From: an uncultured delta proteobacterium
GTDB taxonomy: Bacteria > Myxococcota > Myxococcia > Myxococcales > Anaeromyxobacteraceae
Reading direction: 5' to 3'
Length of the DNA stretch: 64,000 bases
Assembly: GCA_963766715.1 (NCBI GenBank)
Contig: CAVYBH010000012.1
Location: 512,001-576,000 of the forward strand
In this document: positions 20,255-31,966 of the stretch, in pieces
Numbering within the stretch: position 1 is the first letter of the stretch
Layout: every line of letters starts with the position of its first letter
The notes under the pieces: generated by a model
Told to the model about the DNA's origin: nothing
What the model saw: only the letters and a program-made list of their open reading frames with translations
Database searches by the model: none
Position numbers and translations under genes: made by a program

Positions 20255-21195
20255 AGCCGGTCGTCTATGCGGTGCGCGCGCTGCCGGGTGGGGTCCCCGC
20301 GGAGGTCTCCACCCGCATCACCCTGCGCGGAGGGGAGGCCCGGCCGGTCTCCCGGGAGCGGATGCAGGAGGAGGGGCGGGACGCCGAGCTGCTCGTCGTG
20401 ACCTACCTCGACAGGGTCGACGACGAGATGCTCGCCTCCCTTCCGTCGGTCCGGCAGGTGAGCTCGTACGGCGTGGGGGTGAACCACATCGAGCTGGCCG
20501 CGGCCGCCCGCCGGGGCGTCACCGTGACCAACACGCCCGACGTGGTCACCGACGCGACCGCCGACCTGGCGATGGCGCTCCTCCTCGCCGCCGCCCGGAG
20601 GGTCTGCGAGGGCGATCGGCTCATCCGCGCTGGCGGTTGGCGCGAGGCTGCGCCGGAGTTCCTGCTGGGGCGGGAGGTCACCGGCAAGACGCTGGGGATC
20701 GTGGGGTTCGGGCGGATCGGGCAGGCGATGGCCCGCCGCGCCTCCGGCTTCGGGATGCGCATCCTCTACAGCGGCCCTCGCGAGGTGAGCTTCCCCGGCG
20801 CGACCCGGTTCGAGCTGGATGCGCTCCTCGCGTCGAGCGACTTCGTGTCGATCCACTGCCCGCTCACCGACGCCACGCGGGATCTCCTCTCCAGGGAGCG
20901 CATCGCGCGGATGAAGCCCGGCGCCATCCTCGTGAACACCTCCCGCGGGCCGGTGGTGGACGAGGATGCCGTGGCGGAGGCCCTCGAGGAGGGACGCCTC
21001 TTCGCGGCCGGTCTCGACGTCTTCCGGAGCGAGCCGCGGGTGCCCGAGCGGCTTCGCCGGGCGGAGAACGCGGTGCTGACGCCGCACGTCGGCTCCGGAA
21101 CCCTGGAGACGCGCACCGCCATGGCTCGCATGGTCTGGGACGAGGTCCTGCGCCGGGTCACCGGTCGTCCGCCGGCCCACCCGGTCGTGGTATGA
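20251..21195 (+). CDS. D-2-hydroxyacid dehydrogenase (glyoxylate reductase-like)
   Basis: VTNTPDV, GFGRIG, NTSRG, GLDVF, TPHVGS. Confidence 0.92.
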   Translation: MKPVVYAVRALPGGVPAEVSTRITLRGGEARPVSRERMQEEGRDAELLVVTYLDRVDDEMLASLPSVRQVSSYGVGVNHIELAAAARRGVTVTNTPDVVTDATADLAMALLLAAARRVCEGDRLIRAGGWREAAPEFLLGREVTGKTLGIVGFGRIGQAMARRASGFGMRILYSGPREVSFPGATRFELDALLASSDFVSIHCPLTDATRDLLSRERIARMKPGAILVNTSRGPVVDEDAVAEALEEGRLFAAGLDVFRSEPRVPERLRRAENAVLTPHVGSGTLETRTAMARMVWDEVLRRVTGRPPAHPVVV

Positions 21196-21202
21196 CCCGC
21201 GC

Positions 21203-22285
21203 GTGAAGCGATTCATCCAGATCCTGGCCGGGCTGGCCGTCTCGGCGCTGGCCCTGTGGCTCACGCTGCGGGGGAAGGATCTGGGGGCGATCTGGGCCGC
21301 TGCCGCCGATGCCAACTACGTGTGGCTCTTCCCCTACGCCGGCATCCTGGCCCTCATCCACCTGGCCCGGACGTTGCGCTGGGGCATCCTGCTCGAGCCG
21401 GTGGCGAAGGTGCCGTTCTCCCGGTTGAACGCCGTGTCGGCCGTGGGCTTCATGGCGCTCGTGATCCTGCCCTTCCGGATCGGCGAGTTCGCCCGTCCCT
21501 ACCTCATCGCCGAGCGCCCGCGCATCCGGGTGTCGGCGACGCTCTCCAGCGTGGTGGTCGAGCGGGTGGCCGACGGCGTCTTCATGGCGGCCCTGCTCAT
21601 CCTCTCGCTGCTCGCGGTGCCCGAGGGAACGCCCGGGCTCCACTTCCTCCGGATGGGCGGCCTGGCGGTCTTCGGCGTCTTCGGCGCGCTGCTGGCCTTC
21701 CTGGTCGTCGCCTACCGGAACCGTTCGCTGGCCGTCCGGATCACCCACCGGGTGCTGGATCCCATCTCGCCCCGCGTCGCCGCCCGGGCGTCGGGGATGA
21801 TGGACGCCTTCATCCACGGCCTCCGGCTCGTCCCGTCCCGGTCCAAGGTCGCGCTCTTCTTCCTCCTCACCGCCGTGTACTGGTGCCTGAACGGCTGGGG
21901 CATGGGCGTGCTCGCCCGTGCGTTCGACATCCACCTGACCCTCATCCAGTCCTTCACGGTGCTGGGGGTGCTGGTGGTCGGCGTGATGATCCCGTCCGGC
22001 CCGGGCATGGTGGGCACCTTCCAGGCCGCCACGGTGCTGGGGCTGTCGCTCTTCGTACCCGCCCAGGTGCTCGACACCCGGGGCACGGCCTACGCGAACG
22101 TCCTGTGGGCGGTCCAGCTCGCCTTCACCACCGCGCTCGGGCTCTTCTTCCTCTTCTCGCGGCACATCCGCATCGCGCAGATCTTCTCGGCGCCCGAGGA
22201 GGTCGAGGAGGAGCTGGCGGCGGAGGAGCAGGAGTACGTCGCGGGGGGAGACGGGGCGTCGCCGCGCGAAGGAGGCTCGCGTTGA
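21203..22285 (+). CDS. lysylphosphatidylglycerol synthase TM / flippase-like membrane protein
   Basis: LPFRIGEFAR, VERVAD, IPSGPGMVGTF, many TMs. Confidence 0.85.
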   Translation: MKRFIQILAGLAVSALALWLTLRGKDLGAIWAAAADANYVWLFPYAGILALIHLARTLRWGILLEPVAKVPFSRLNAVSAVGFMALVILPFRIGEFARPYLIAERPRIRVSATLSSVVVERVADGVFMAALLILSLLAVPEGTPGLHFLRMGGLAVFGVFGALLAFLVVAYRNRSLAVRITHRVLDPISPRVAARASGMMDAFIHGLRLVPSRSKVALFFLLTAVYWCLNGWGMGVLARAFDIHLTLIQSFTVLGVLVVGVMIPSGPGMVGTFQAATVLGLSLFVPAQVLDTRGTAYANVLWAVQLAFTTALGLFFLFSRHIRIAQIFSAPEEVEEELAAEEQEYVAGGDGASPREGGSR

Positions 22286-22310
22286 CAGGCCGTTTCGTTG
22301 GACCTATAAG
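22282..22310 (+). promoter_or_regulatory. sigma70 promoter of the tRNA gene
   Basis: TTGACA-N17-TATAAG followed by a GC-rich discriminator. Confidence 0.8.
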
Positions 22311-22330
22311 CGCGGCCTCCAAAGGGAACC

Positions 22331-22407
22331 GGTGAGGTAGCTCAGTCGGCTAGAGCGAGGGTCTCATAATCCCTAGGTCGGGAGTTCGATTCTCCCCCTC
22401 ACCACCA
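22331..22407 (+). tRNA. tRNA with CAU anticodon, probably elongator tRNA-Met (Ile2 not excluded)
   Basis: Cloverleaf, CTCATAA loop, paired G1-C72, encoded CCA. Confidence 0.95.
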
Positions 22408-22421
22408 AGCCAATCGCTGTA

Positions 22422-22462
22422 GAAAGGACCTTCCGTGAGTACCCGGGAGGCCCTTCGCTTTT
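22422..22462 (+). terminator. possible intrinsic terminator after the tRNA
   Basis: Imperfect stem AGGACCTTCCG/CGGGAGGCCCT followed by a T-rich tract. Confidence 0.4.
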
Positions 22463-22478
22463 CGGTAGGAGGCATCGA

Positions 22479-23159
22479 ATGCGAAACGCCCTGAAGGTCC
22501 TCTTTGCCTCCCTCGCCCTCACGGCGGCGGCGCCGGCCGTGGCGCAGTACGTGTTCAAGCCGGCGTGGCAGCTGGAGAAGGAGAAGAAGGAGGAGGAGCA
22601 GGAGCGGCTGCTGGCCGTCCAGCGCGTCCAGCGCTGGCACAACGTCGTTCGCGTGAACCTCGGCGTGACCTTGTTTTACTCGGAGTACTACAACTGCAGC
22701 TACTGGTGCTCCTATTACCCGCTGTACTCCTGCGGGTCGGGCAGCTTCGTGAGCTACGTCCCCTTCACGGTCGGTCCGCAGGTCGACATCCACCTGCAGG
22801 GGATGCACAACATCAGCGCCGGGTTCAACGTCTTCCTCGGCACCGCCACGGGCACGGTCTACAACGGCTTCCAGGCCGTGAGCGCCTCGAAGAGCGTGAC
22901 CATCTGGGAGCCGACCGTCGACTACGTGGCGAAGTTCGGGCCGCCTTCCAACATCGCCGGCCGGTTTCGCGTGGGCGGCGGCATGTACATCGGCCCGAAC
23001 GCGGAGCTCGGTGCGGCCTTCCGGATCGGCGGCGGCGCCTCCTTCTTCAACCTGAGCCGCTTCGGCCTCGGGCTCGACCTGGTCCTCGAGGCCGGGGTCT
23101 ACAACGGCTACTGGATCGGCGGCCTGCAGCTGGTGGGCTCGCCCGAGTTCCACTTCTAG
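22479..23159 (+). CDS. outer-membrane beta-barrel protein
   Basis: GGAGG RBS, signal peptide, alternating aromatic/Gly strands, C-terminal FHF. Confidence 0.75.
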   Translation: MRNALKVLFASLALTAAAPAVAQYVFKPAWQLEKEKKEEEQERLLAVQRVQRWHNVVRVNLGVTLFYSEYYNCSYWCSYYPLYSCGSGSFVSYVPFTVGPQVDIHLQGMHNISAGFNVFLGTATGTVYNGFQAVSASKSVTIWEPTVDYVAKFGPPSNIAGRFRVGGGMYIGPNAELGAAFRIGGGASFFNLSRFGLGLDLVLEAGVYNGYWIGGLQLVGSPEFHF

Positions 23160-24290
23160 GCGCTGGGCAGGCCTTCGGCTGCGTCCACGGGCTTCAGCGG
23201 GACGAGTCCGGAGCGCGGAGGGCCTGGGCGTCGCGGCTAGCGCGAGGAAGAGCACCATCGCAGCGAATGGCGGACGGCCGACTAGGCCTAGAAGCTGACG
23301 TGATGTCGTTGAAGCGGCATGGCACAGGAGGACCACGGATGACGGCCGGCGCGCCGCAGGCGCGACGGCTTGCCTGGTCGCCGGAGAAGCGGCCGTCGGT
23401 GCCACCACGAAGTTCTGAATCGAGCGATCGGGCTTGAAGAGGCTGGCTGAAGAGCAGCAGCGCCAGGTGTGGTGTCCGCCGTGCGATGTCGCGAGGTGCG
23501 CCCACAGGAGCGCGGCGACGCCAGGGTCGAGCCAGGAAGGTAGCGCGGCGCGGGCGACCACGCCGAAGATGGACGCTTGCCGTAGCGGCCGTGGAGGTCT
23601 GGCCTACGACGGACGTGAGTGGAGTGTATCCGCGGCGGTGGTTCGACAGTCCCTCGGTGCCCGTACCACGGTACCGGCCTATGGTGGTGGCGGGGCGCGA
23701 GAACGAAGCCGGCGAGGGTGCGCCGTCGAACGCCGAAGTACTGACGTCGGCGAGGATCGGCGCCGGAGCCAGCTTCAGCGGGACTGCGTGCGAGCTGAGG
23801 AGCTGGCGCGCAGCGAGCTCCTCGCTGCCTCGCTCGCGAAGGACGCGGGCAGTATCACCAGTATGATGAGGCTGAGCTGCGCGCATTGGAACTTGGCGCA
23901 GCAGGGGACTGAGTAGCTCGAGGAACGTTCGGGCCATCGCAGCGACCTGGCGCCGGCCGAGGGAGCGAGCCACCGTATGATCTGCGACGCCACTCAGGAC
24001 CATGAGCGCGTATCAGGCGGTCTTGGCGACGAAGACCTGCATGATCTTCGATCGTGGCGAACAGCATGGCCGTTCCGGGTGCGTACCGGTAAAAGAGCCA
24101 GCCATCGCCGATTGGATACGAGCGCCGCTCCGTGGAGCGCCCGGAACCGGACGCGCATCGAGTACGCTCCGCAAGATCGTGACCTGCACGGGAGAAGAAG
24201 CATCTGCGAGGGTGACCAGGCGACGCGGCAACGGGGTGGCATCGACCAGCCAGTCCCTTGCTGGCCGTTCGAGGGTTGCCATGATGCGGG
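23160..24290 (-). pseudogene. degenerate or low-quality stretch, possibly a membrane protein remnant
   Basis: Hydrophobic fragments in alternating minus frames (IFGVVARAAL, LIILVILPA, GDGWLFYRY); no intact ORF. Confidence 0.3.
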
Positions 24291-24455
24291 CGGTGCTCCG
24301 TCCCGTCGAGAAGGGGACGAACGAGGCTCCGGCATTTCAACCCCCGTGAACCTCGCAGCCGTCGACGGTGTCCCGCCGTGACGGGTGTCACATGTAGGTG
24401 GGACCAGTACAGTGTAGGCAGAAAGGGCTAGACTTCGTGGCGGGGGGTACCAGCC

Positions 24456-25294
24456 ATGGAGAACCGGCCGGCACGGAGGTCTTCGCTCGCGTTCGTGTTG
24501 CTGCTCGCGTCGAGTTGCGCCGCGACGCCTCATCCGCTCGGTTCGGCCGATGCGGGAGACGCCGACCCGGGCGCGCAGGGCACGCCCAGCACGTCGGTTC
24601 CAGGGACCGGGTCCATCTCCCCGGAAAGGACGAAGGCAGAGGCCGTTGCTGCCGGAAGGGGCGACCGGCCACCGCGCAGGCGGTTCCCGGGGCGACCTTC
24701 CTCCGGGCCCACGTCGCGAACCGCATGCAGCGCTTCGGCGACCACGACAGTGACGAGGTGGCCGAGGCGATCCTCGCCGCGTCGCGCCGCGCGGAGATCG
24801 ACCCGCTCCTGATCCTCGCCATCATCGAGGTGGAGTCGGCGTTCGACCCGGGCGCCCGATCCAGCCGGAACGCGCTCGGCCTCATGCAGGTGCGGCCGGC
24901 CACCTTCTGGCGCGAGGTCGAGCGATCCGGACTGGAGGGAGACGACCCCCACGACCCCGAGCTCAACGTGGCCGCGGGCGCGCTCTACTTCCAGCGCCTG
25001 GTCCGCGCGTTCGGCCCGAACGACGTGGCGCTCATGGCCTACAACGCCGGGCCCAACCGCATCCTGGCGCTGATCCGGGCGGGCCAGATTCCCGATCACC
25101 TCCTCGAGTATCCGCGGCGCGTGCGCGCCGTGGAGGCCCGGCTGCGGCGTGCCCTGGCGGTCGACTCCGCCGGGACCGCCGTGGCCCGGAACGACTTCGG
25201 CCCGGACGAGCCCCTCGTCGAGCGCGCAGGCGCCGGCCGTTCCGACGGGGTCAGGGAGCCCGGCCCCGTGCCCGGGGGGAGAGATGGCCCGTAA
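24456..25294 (+). CDS. SLT-family lytic transglycosylase lipoprotein (frameshift ~24670)
   Basis: LASSC lipobox; IEVES, ALGLMQV, AYNAG motifs. Confidence 0.88.
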
Positions 25295-25420
25295 CCCCAC
25301 GACCTGGCACAGGATTCTCGAAAGGTTGCGGGGGCCGGCCCCCGTCCCTCCCTCCCTCCAATCTCCTGGGTCGCCAGGGGGGAGCCTTCCCTACATGAGT
25401 CGCCTATGCTTCCGGCCCGA

Positions 25421-26413
25421 ATGGCCGAAGCGCCTCAACTCAGGCTGGTTCCCGCCGTCGCCGACCCGGCGACGCCCAGGCGATCGGCGGCTCCGCGCCG
25501 GGCGGCGCGCCCTGGCCGGATCGTGGCGGTCGGGGGCGGGAAGGGGGGAGTCGGCAAGAGCCTGGTCGCGGCGAGCATGGGAATCGAGCTCGCGCGTCGA
25601 GGGAGCCGCGTGGTCCTCGTCGATTGCGACCTGGGCGGAGCGAACCTCCACACCTGCCTGGGCATGGAGCCGCCGGCGCGCACGCTCTCCGACTTCGTCA
25701 ACCACGGCGTCGATCGGATCGAGGACGTCCTCGTGCGGACGCCGATCCCCAACCTGTCGCTGCTGTCCGGCGCGCTCGATCCGCTCGACGCCGCCAACCC
25801 CAGCCACGGGCAGAAGATGCGCTTCATCCGGCAGCTCCAGTCCATGGAGGCGGACTTCGCCATCCTCGACCTGGCGGCCGGCACCCACAAGAACACCCTC
25901 GATTTCTTCCTGCTCGCCGACCACAAGGTCCTGGTGCTCGTGCCGGAGCCCGGCGCGGTGGAGAACGCGCATCGGTTCGTGAAGGCCGCCTTCTGGCGGC
26001 GCCTGCGGGCGGCGTCGGCGATCTTCGGGGTCGCCCACCTCCTCGAGGAGCTCCTCGCAGGCAGCCGGTTTCGCGGCCCCGCCGACGTGCTCGATGCGCT
26101 CCAGGGGGCCGACGCCGAGACGGCCCGCCAGCTCCGGGAGCAGATGGAGGCGTTCCGCCCCGGCCTGGTGGTGAACCAGGTCCGGACGCCCGAGGAGGCG
26201 GAGCTCGGGCCGGGGATCGCCGCGGCGTGGCGGCGCCACTTCGGCATCGAGATGGATCACCTCGGTGCCGTCGAGTACGACGACGACGTGTGGCGCGCGG
26301 CGCGGGAGCGGCGGCCGCTCCTGCTGGCGCGCTCCCCGGGTCGGGCTGCGCGGTCGCTCATGCGAATCGCCGCACGCATCCGGGACGTCGACGGCGGAAG
26401 GGCGGAGCCTTGA
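25421..26413 (+). CDS. MinD/FlhG-like P-loop ATPase
   Basis: GGKGGVGKS deviant Walker A, VDCDLGGANLH, LVVNQ. Confidence 0.9.
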   Translation: MAEAPQLRLVPAVADPATPRRSAAPRRAARPGRIVAVGGGKGGVGKSLVAASMGIELARRGSRVVLVDCDLGGANLHTCLGMEPPARTLSDFVNHGVDRIEDVLVRTPIPNLSLLSGALDPLDAANPSHGQKMRFIRQLQSMEADFAILDLAAGTHKNTLDFFLLADHKVLVLVPEPGAVENAHRFVKAAFWRRLRAASAIFGVAHLLEELLAGSRFRGPADVLDALQGADAETARQLREQMEAFRPGLVVNQVRTPEEAELGPGIAAAWRRHFGIEMDHLGAVEYDDDVWRAARERRPLLLARSPGRAARSLMRIAARIRDVDGGRAEP

Positions 26414-27033
26414 GGGCGCTCTCCGAGCAATCGCTCTACGAGGTCCTGGAGATCCCGCGGTCGGCCACGCCGCAGGAGGTCCAGCGCGCCTACGAGCGTG
26501 CCCGAGCGCTCTTCGGTCCCGGGTCCCTGGCTTCGTACACGCTGCTCGCTCCGGACGAGGCGGAGGCGCTGCTCTCGCGGATCGAGGAGGCCCGGTCGGT
26601 GCTCCTCGATCGGGAGGCGCGGGCCACCTACGACGATGGCCTCCCCGGTGGAGGGGCATCGAGAGCCCGGACCTCGCCTCGCGGCCGAGGAGGCGAGGAG
26701 CCCCACCGCTCCCGTCGGCGTCGCGGCCCCGGCTCCGGCCGCTTCCGGGTCGACTTCCTCCTTCCCGCGGGGGCGCCGTGGACCGGCGACCTGCTCCGGC
26801 GGGCCCGCGAGGCGAAGGGCCTGACGGTCCTGCAGGTGTCCGAGAGGACGAAGATCCAGCGGTCCCACATCGAGAGCGTCGAGGCGGAGCGCTTCGAGCA
26901 ACTGCCGCCGCCGGTCTACCTGCGCGGAATCGTCCATTCCATCGCCACCACGCTTCGCCTGGACGACCAGGCGGTGGTGCGCACCTACATGGAACGCGCG
27001 GCGGGTGCGAAGGCGGCGGCGAAGGAGCGGTGA
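26410..27033 (+). CDS. J-domain-like plus RodZ-type (XRE) HTH protein
   Basis: LYEVLEI..ATPQEVQRAY with no HPD; GDLLRRAREAKGL...LPPPVYLRG. Confidence 0.8.
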   Translation: MRALSEQSLYEVLEIPRSATPQEVQRAYERARALFGPGSLASYTLLAPDEAEALLSRIEEARSVLLDREARATYDDGLPGGGASRARTSPRGRGGEEPHRSRRRRGPGSGRFRVDFLLPAGAPWTGDLLRRAREAKGLTVLQVSERTKIQRSHIESVEAERFEQLPPPVYLRGIVHSIATTLRLDDQAVVRTYMERAAGAKAAAKER

Positions 27034-27149
27034 TCGCCGGCAGTTCGCCGGCAGCTCGCCGGCAACGCGTCGCGTCATGCGGGTCGACCCTGGATAGTCA
27101 CCAGGTGAGGCAGCTCGCCGGCAACGCGCCGCGTCAGCGGGCCGGCCCT
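27034..27149. repeat. intergenic composite repeat (11-bp tandem x3; ~42-bp direct repeat x2)
   Basis: TCGCCGGCAGY tandem; GGCAGCTCGCCGGCAACGCGYCGCGTCA..GCGGGYCGRCCCT at 27050-27091 and 27109-27149. Confidence 0.8.
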
Positions 27150-27246
27150 CGATCCGGTCGCCGGGCGTCGCCCCCTTCTCTTTTCCTGCTTCGTGCGATA
27201 CCCACGAATCTCCCGCTAGGTTCGAATCGATCTGGAGGACGTCGCC

Positions 27247-29020
<1,774 letters not shown>

Positions 29021-29769
29021 TTGGGCGGGCACTGGTCCGACGACTACTACGGCGACCTCTACTACGAGTCGGTGGCCGACCTCCTGACGGCGCGCCTCTC
29101 CTCCTTCGAGGCGGCCCTGCTCCGGCGCCTCCTCGAGGTGGGGCCCGGGCGACCGCGTCCTGGATCTGGCCTGTGGCCACGGGCGTCACGCCCGGGCCGT
29201 CTCCCCGGAGGTGGGGCTGCTCGTCGGCATCGACCGGAACCCGGAGTACCTCGCCCGGGCACGCCACTCGGGCGCTGCGCTCGTGCGCGGCGACCTGCGC
29301 AGCCTGCCGTTCCGGCCGGGCTCCTTCGACGCGGTCTACTCCTGGTATTCCTCCCTCTTCATGTACGACGACGAGGAGAACGAACGGTGCCTGGCCAGCG
29401 CCGCGGCGCTTCTCCGGCCGGGTGGCCGATTGCTCGTGCACCACGACAACCCGGGCCGGCTGAAGGGGCAGCTCACCGCGCGAGGCGGAGTGGGACCTGC
29501 CTCGGGGGGGGAGGGTGGAGGAGGAATCCCGCTTCGACCCCGCCACCGGGCGCGACACCTGTACGCGCCGCGTCATCCGATCCGACGGGACGGTGTTGGC
29601 GGGCGTGGCCCATTTGCGGTACTACAGCCCAGAGGAGTGGCACGCGCTGGCGGCCCGTTGCGGTCTCGAGCTCGTGCGCATCACCAGTACCTGGCAGGCG
29701 GACCGACCGGCGGAACGCCTCGACGAAGACGCTCCGGATCTGATCGCCCTCGGGAGAAGGTCAGCATGA
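29021..29769 (+). CDS. class I SAM-dependent methyltransferase (frameshifted)
   Basis: [11 protein letters not shown] across the frame break, [19 protein letters not shown]. Confidence 0.8.
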
Positions 29770-30188
29770 GCCAGAAGAACGAGCGAACCCTCCGCATCCT
29801 GGTGGCCAAGCCCGGCCTCGACGGTCACGATCGCGGCGCCAAGATCGTGGCCCGCGCCCTTCGCGACGCGGGCTTCGAGGTCATCTACACCGGCCTCCAC
29901 CAGACCCCCGAGATGATCGCAGCCGCGGCCGTCCAGGAGGACGTGGACGGCGTGGGACTCTCAATCATGTCGGGCGCGCACCTCACGCTCTTCCCGGCCG
30001 TGGTCGAGGCCCTGCGAGAGCGCGGCTGCACCGACGTCACGGTCTTCGGGGGCGGCATCATTCCCCAGGAGGACATCCCCAAGCTGAAGGACGCCGGGGT
30101 GTCGCAGGTCTTCCTCCCGGGGACGACGACGCAGTCCATCGTCGACTGGATTCGCGGGAACGTTCAGCCTCGCGCCGAGGTTGCCTAG
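29766..30188 (+). CDS. icmB: cobalamin-binding small subunit of the acyl-CoA mutase
   Basis: [25 protein letters not shown]. Confidence 0.92.
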   Translation: MSQKNERTLRILVAKPGLDGHDRGAKIVARALRDAGFEVIYTGLHQTPEMIAAAAVQEDVDGVGLSIMSGAHLTLFPAVVEALRERGCTDVTVFGGGIIPQEDIPKLKDAGVSQVFLPGTTTQSIVDWIRGNVQPRAEVA

Positions 30189-30206
30189 CCGAGACACCAG
30201 GGCGCC

Positions 30207-31160
30207 ATGGCGACCCGCATCACCGTCTACGAGGTGGGCCCGCGCGACGGGCTCCAGAACGAGGCGCGCGTCGTCCCCACGGACGGCAAGCTCGCGCTCG
30301 TGGCCTCGCTCGTCGAGGCCGGCATCTCGCGGATCGAGGCCACGAGCTTCGTGTCCCCGAGGTGGATCCCGGCGCTCGCCGACTCGTCCGAGCTGGTGGA
30401 GCGGCTCCCGCCGCGCGCCGGCGTCCAGTACGTGGCGCTGGTCCCGAACGGGAAGGGGCTCGAGCGCCTGCTCGAGGCCCGCGGCAGGGCGTCGCCGCCG
30501 GCGCAGGTCGACGCGGCCGTCTTCCTCTCCGCGTCGGAGACCCACAACCGCAAGAACATCAACAAGGGGATCGAGGAGACCTTTCGCGCCTTCGACGAGG
30601 TCATCGGCCCCGCGCTCTCGGCGGGCCTGCGCGTTCGCGGGTACGTCTCCACGGCCTGGGGCTGCCCGTACGAGGGCAAGGTGGATCCGCGGCGGGTGGC
30701 CGACATCGCCGAGCGGCTGCTCGGGCTGGGCTGCTGGCAGGTCTCCCTGGGCGACACGATTGGCGTCGGCACCCCCAACCAGACCCGCGAGCTCGTGGGG
30801 CTGCTGTCGCAGCGGGCGCGTCCGGGCTCCATCGCCCTCCACATGCACGACACGCGGGGCACGGCGCTCGCGAACGTGCTCGCCGGGCTCGACGCGGGCA
30901 TCACCACCTTCGATGCCTCGGTCGGTGGCCTGGGCGGGTGTCCCTACGCGCCAGGCGCCTCGGGCAACCTGGCCACCGAGGATCTCGTCTACATGCTCCA
31001 CGGCATGGGATACGAGACCGGCATCGACCTGACGCGGCTCGTCGCCGCAGGGGAGCTGGCCCAGCGCCTGGTGGGGCGACCGCTGCCGGGCAAGACGCTC
31101 CAGGCCGAGGTCGCCACCCGGGCGCGCGCCGCGGAGCGCGCGGCGGAAGGGAAGGCATGA
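30207..31160 (+). CDS. hydroxymethylglutaryl-CoA lyase
   Basis: [30 protein letters not shown]. Confidence 0.93.
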   Translation: MATRITVYEVGPRDGLQNEARVVPTDGKLALVASLVEAGISRIEATSFVSPRWIPALADSSELVERLPPRAGVQYVALVPNGKGLERLLEARGRASPPAQVDAAVFLSASETHNRKNINKGIEETFRAFDEVIGPALSAGLRVRGYVSTAWGCPYEGKVDPRRVADIAERLLGLGCWQVSLGDTIGVGTPNQTRELVGLLSQRARPGSIALHMHDTRGTALANVLAGLDAGITTFDASVGGLGGCPYAPGASGNLATEDLVYMLHGMGYETGIDLTRLVAAGELAQRLVGRPLPGKTLQAEVATRARAAERAAEGKA

Positions 31161-31940
31161 GCGACCGGGAATGGGTGATCGAGCGGCTCGAGGGGATCGA
31201 GCTCTGGACCATCGACGGCGAGGCCCGGCGCAACGCCCTCTCTCGCGCCATGGTCCGCGAGCTCCTGGAGCATCTCGCCCGCATCCGGGACGACCGCTCC
31301 CTGCGCTGCGTGATCCTCACCGGCCGGGGGACGAAGGCCTTCTGTGCAGGCGCCGACCTCAAGGAGCGGGTGTCCATGTCGGCCGAGGACGTGCACCACT
31401 TCCACGAGTCGCTTCGCTCGGCGTTCCGGGGCATCGAGTCGGCGCCGCAGGCCTTCGTGGCGGCGCTGAACGGCGCGGCGCTCGGCGGCGGGCTCGAGAT
31501 GGCGCTCGCCTGCGACCTGCGCGTGGCGGCCGAGGGCGTCGAGATGGGGCTGCCCGAGGTCGGGCTGGGAATCATCCCCGGGGGCGGGGGAACGGTGCGA
31601 TTGCCGCGCGCCATCGGGGTGGCCCGGGCCAAGGACCTCATCCTCACCGGAAGGCGCGTGGGGGCGGCGGAGGCGCTCGGCCATGGGGCTCGTCTCCCGC
31701 GTGGCGCCGCCCGGCGCGCTGCGCGAGGTCGCGATCGAGACGGCCGGACTGGTGGCCCGGAACGCGCCCGTGTCCATCCGGCAGGCCAAGCGCGCCATCG
31801 ACGGCGCGCTGCATCTCGACCTCGACGAGGCCCTGGCGTTCGAGAACCGGATGTACCAGGACTGTCTCGGGACGCGCGATCGGGTGGAGGCGCTTCGCGC
31901 CTTCGCCGAGAAGCGGAAGCCCATCTTCACCGGAGAATGA
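31157..31940 (+). CDS. enoyl-CoA hydratase, methylglutaconyl-CoA hydratase-like (frameshift ~31680)
   Basis: [33 protein letters not shown]. Confidence 0.88.
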
Positions 31941-31966
31941 CGGGCCCGCATCGGATCCCCTCGACC

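Noticed and set aside
25304..25320. Sigma54 promoter (TGGCAC) upstream of the MinD-like gene
   Set aside because: The -12 TTGC element is missing (reads TTCT).
22385..25400. Integrated element at tRNA-Met
   Set aside because: No duplicated tRNA 3' end and no integrase were found by eye.
27034..27149. CRISPR array or cobalamin riboswitch
   Set aside because: There are only two long copies with a 17-bp gap, no cas genes and no B12-box motifs.
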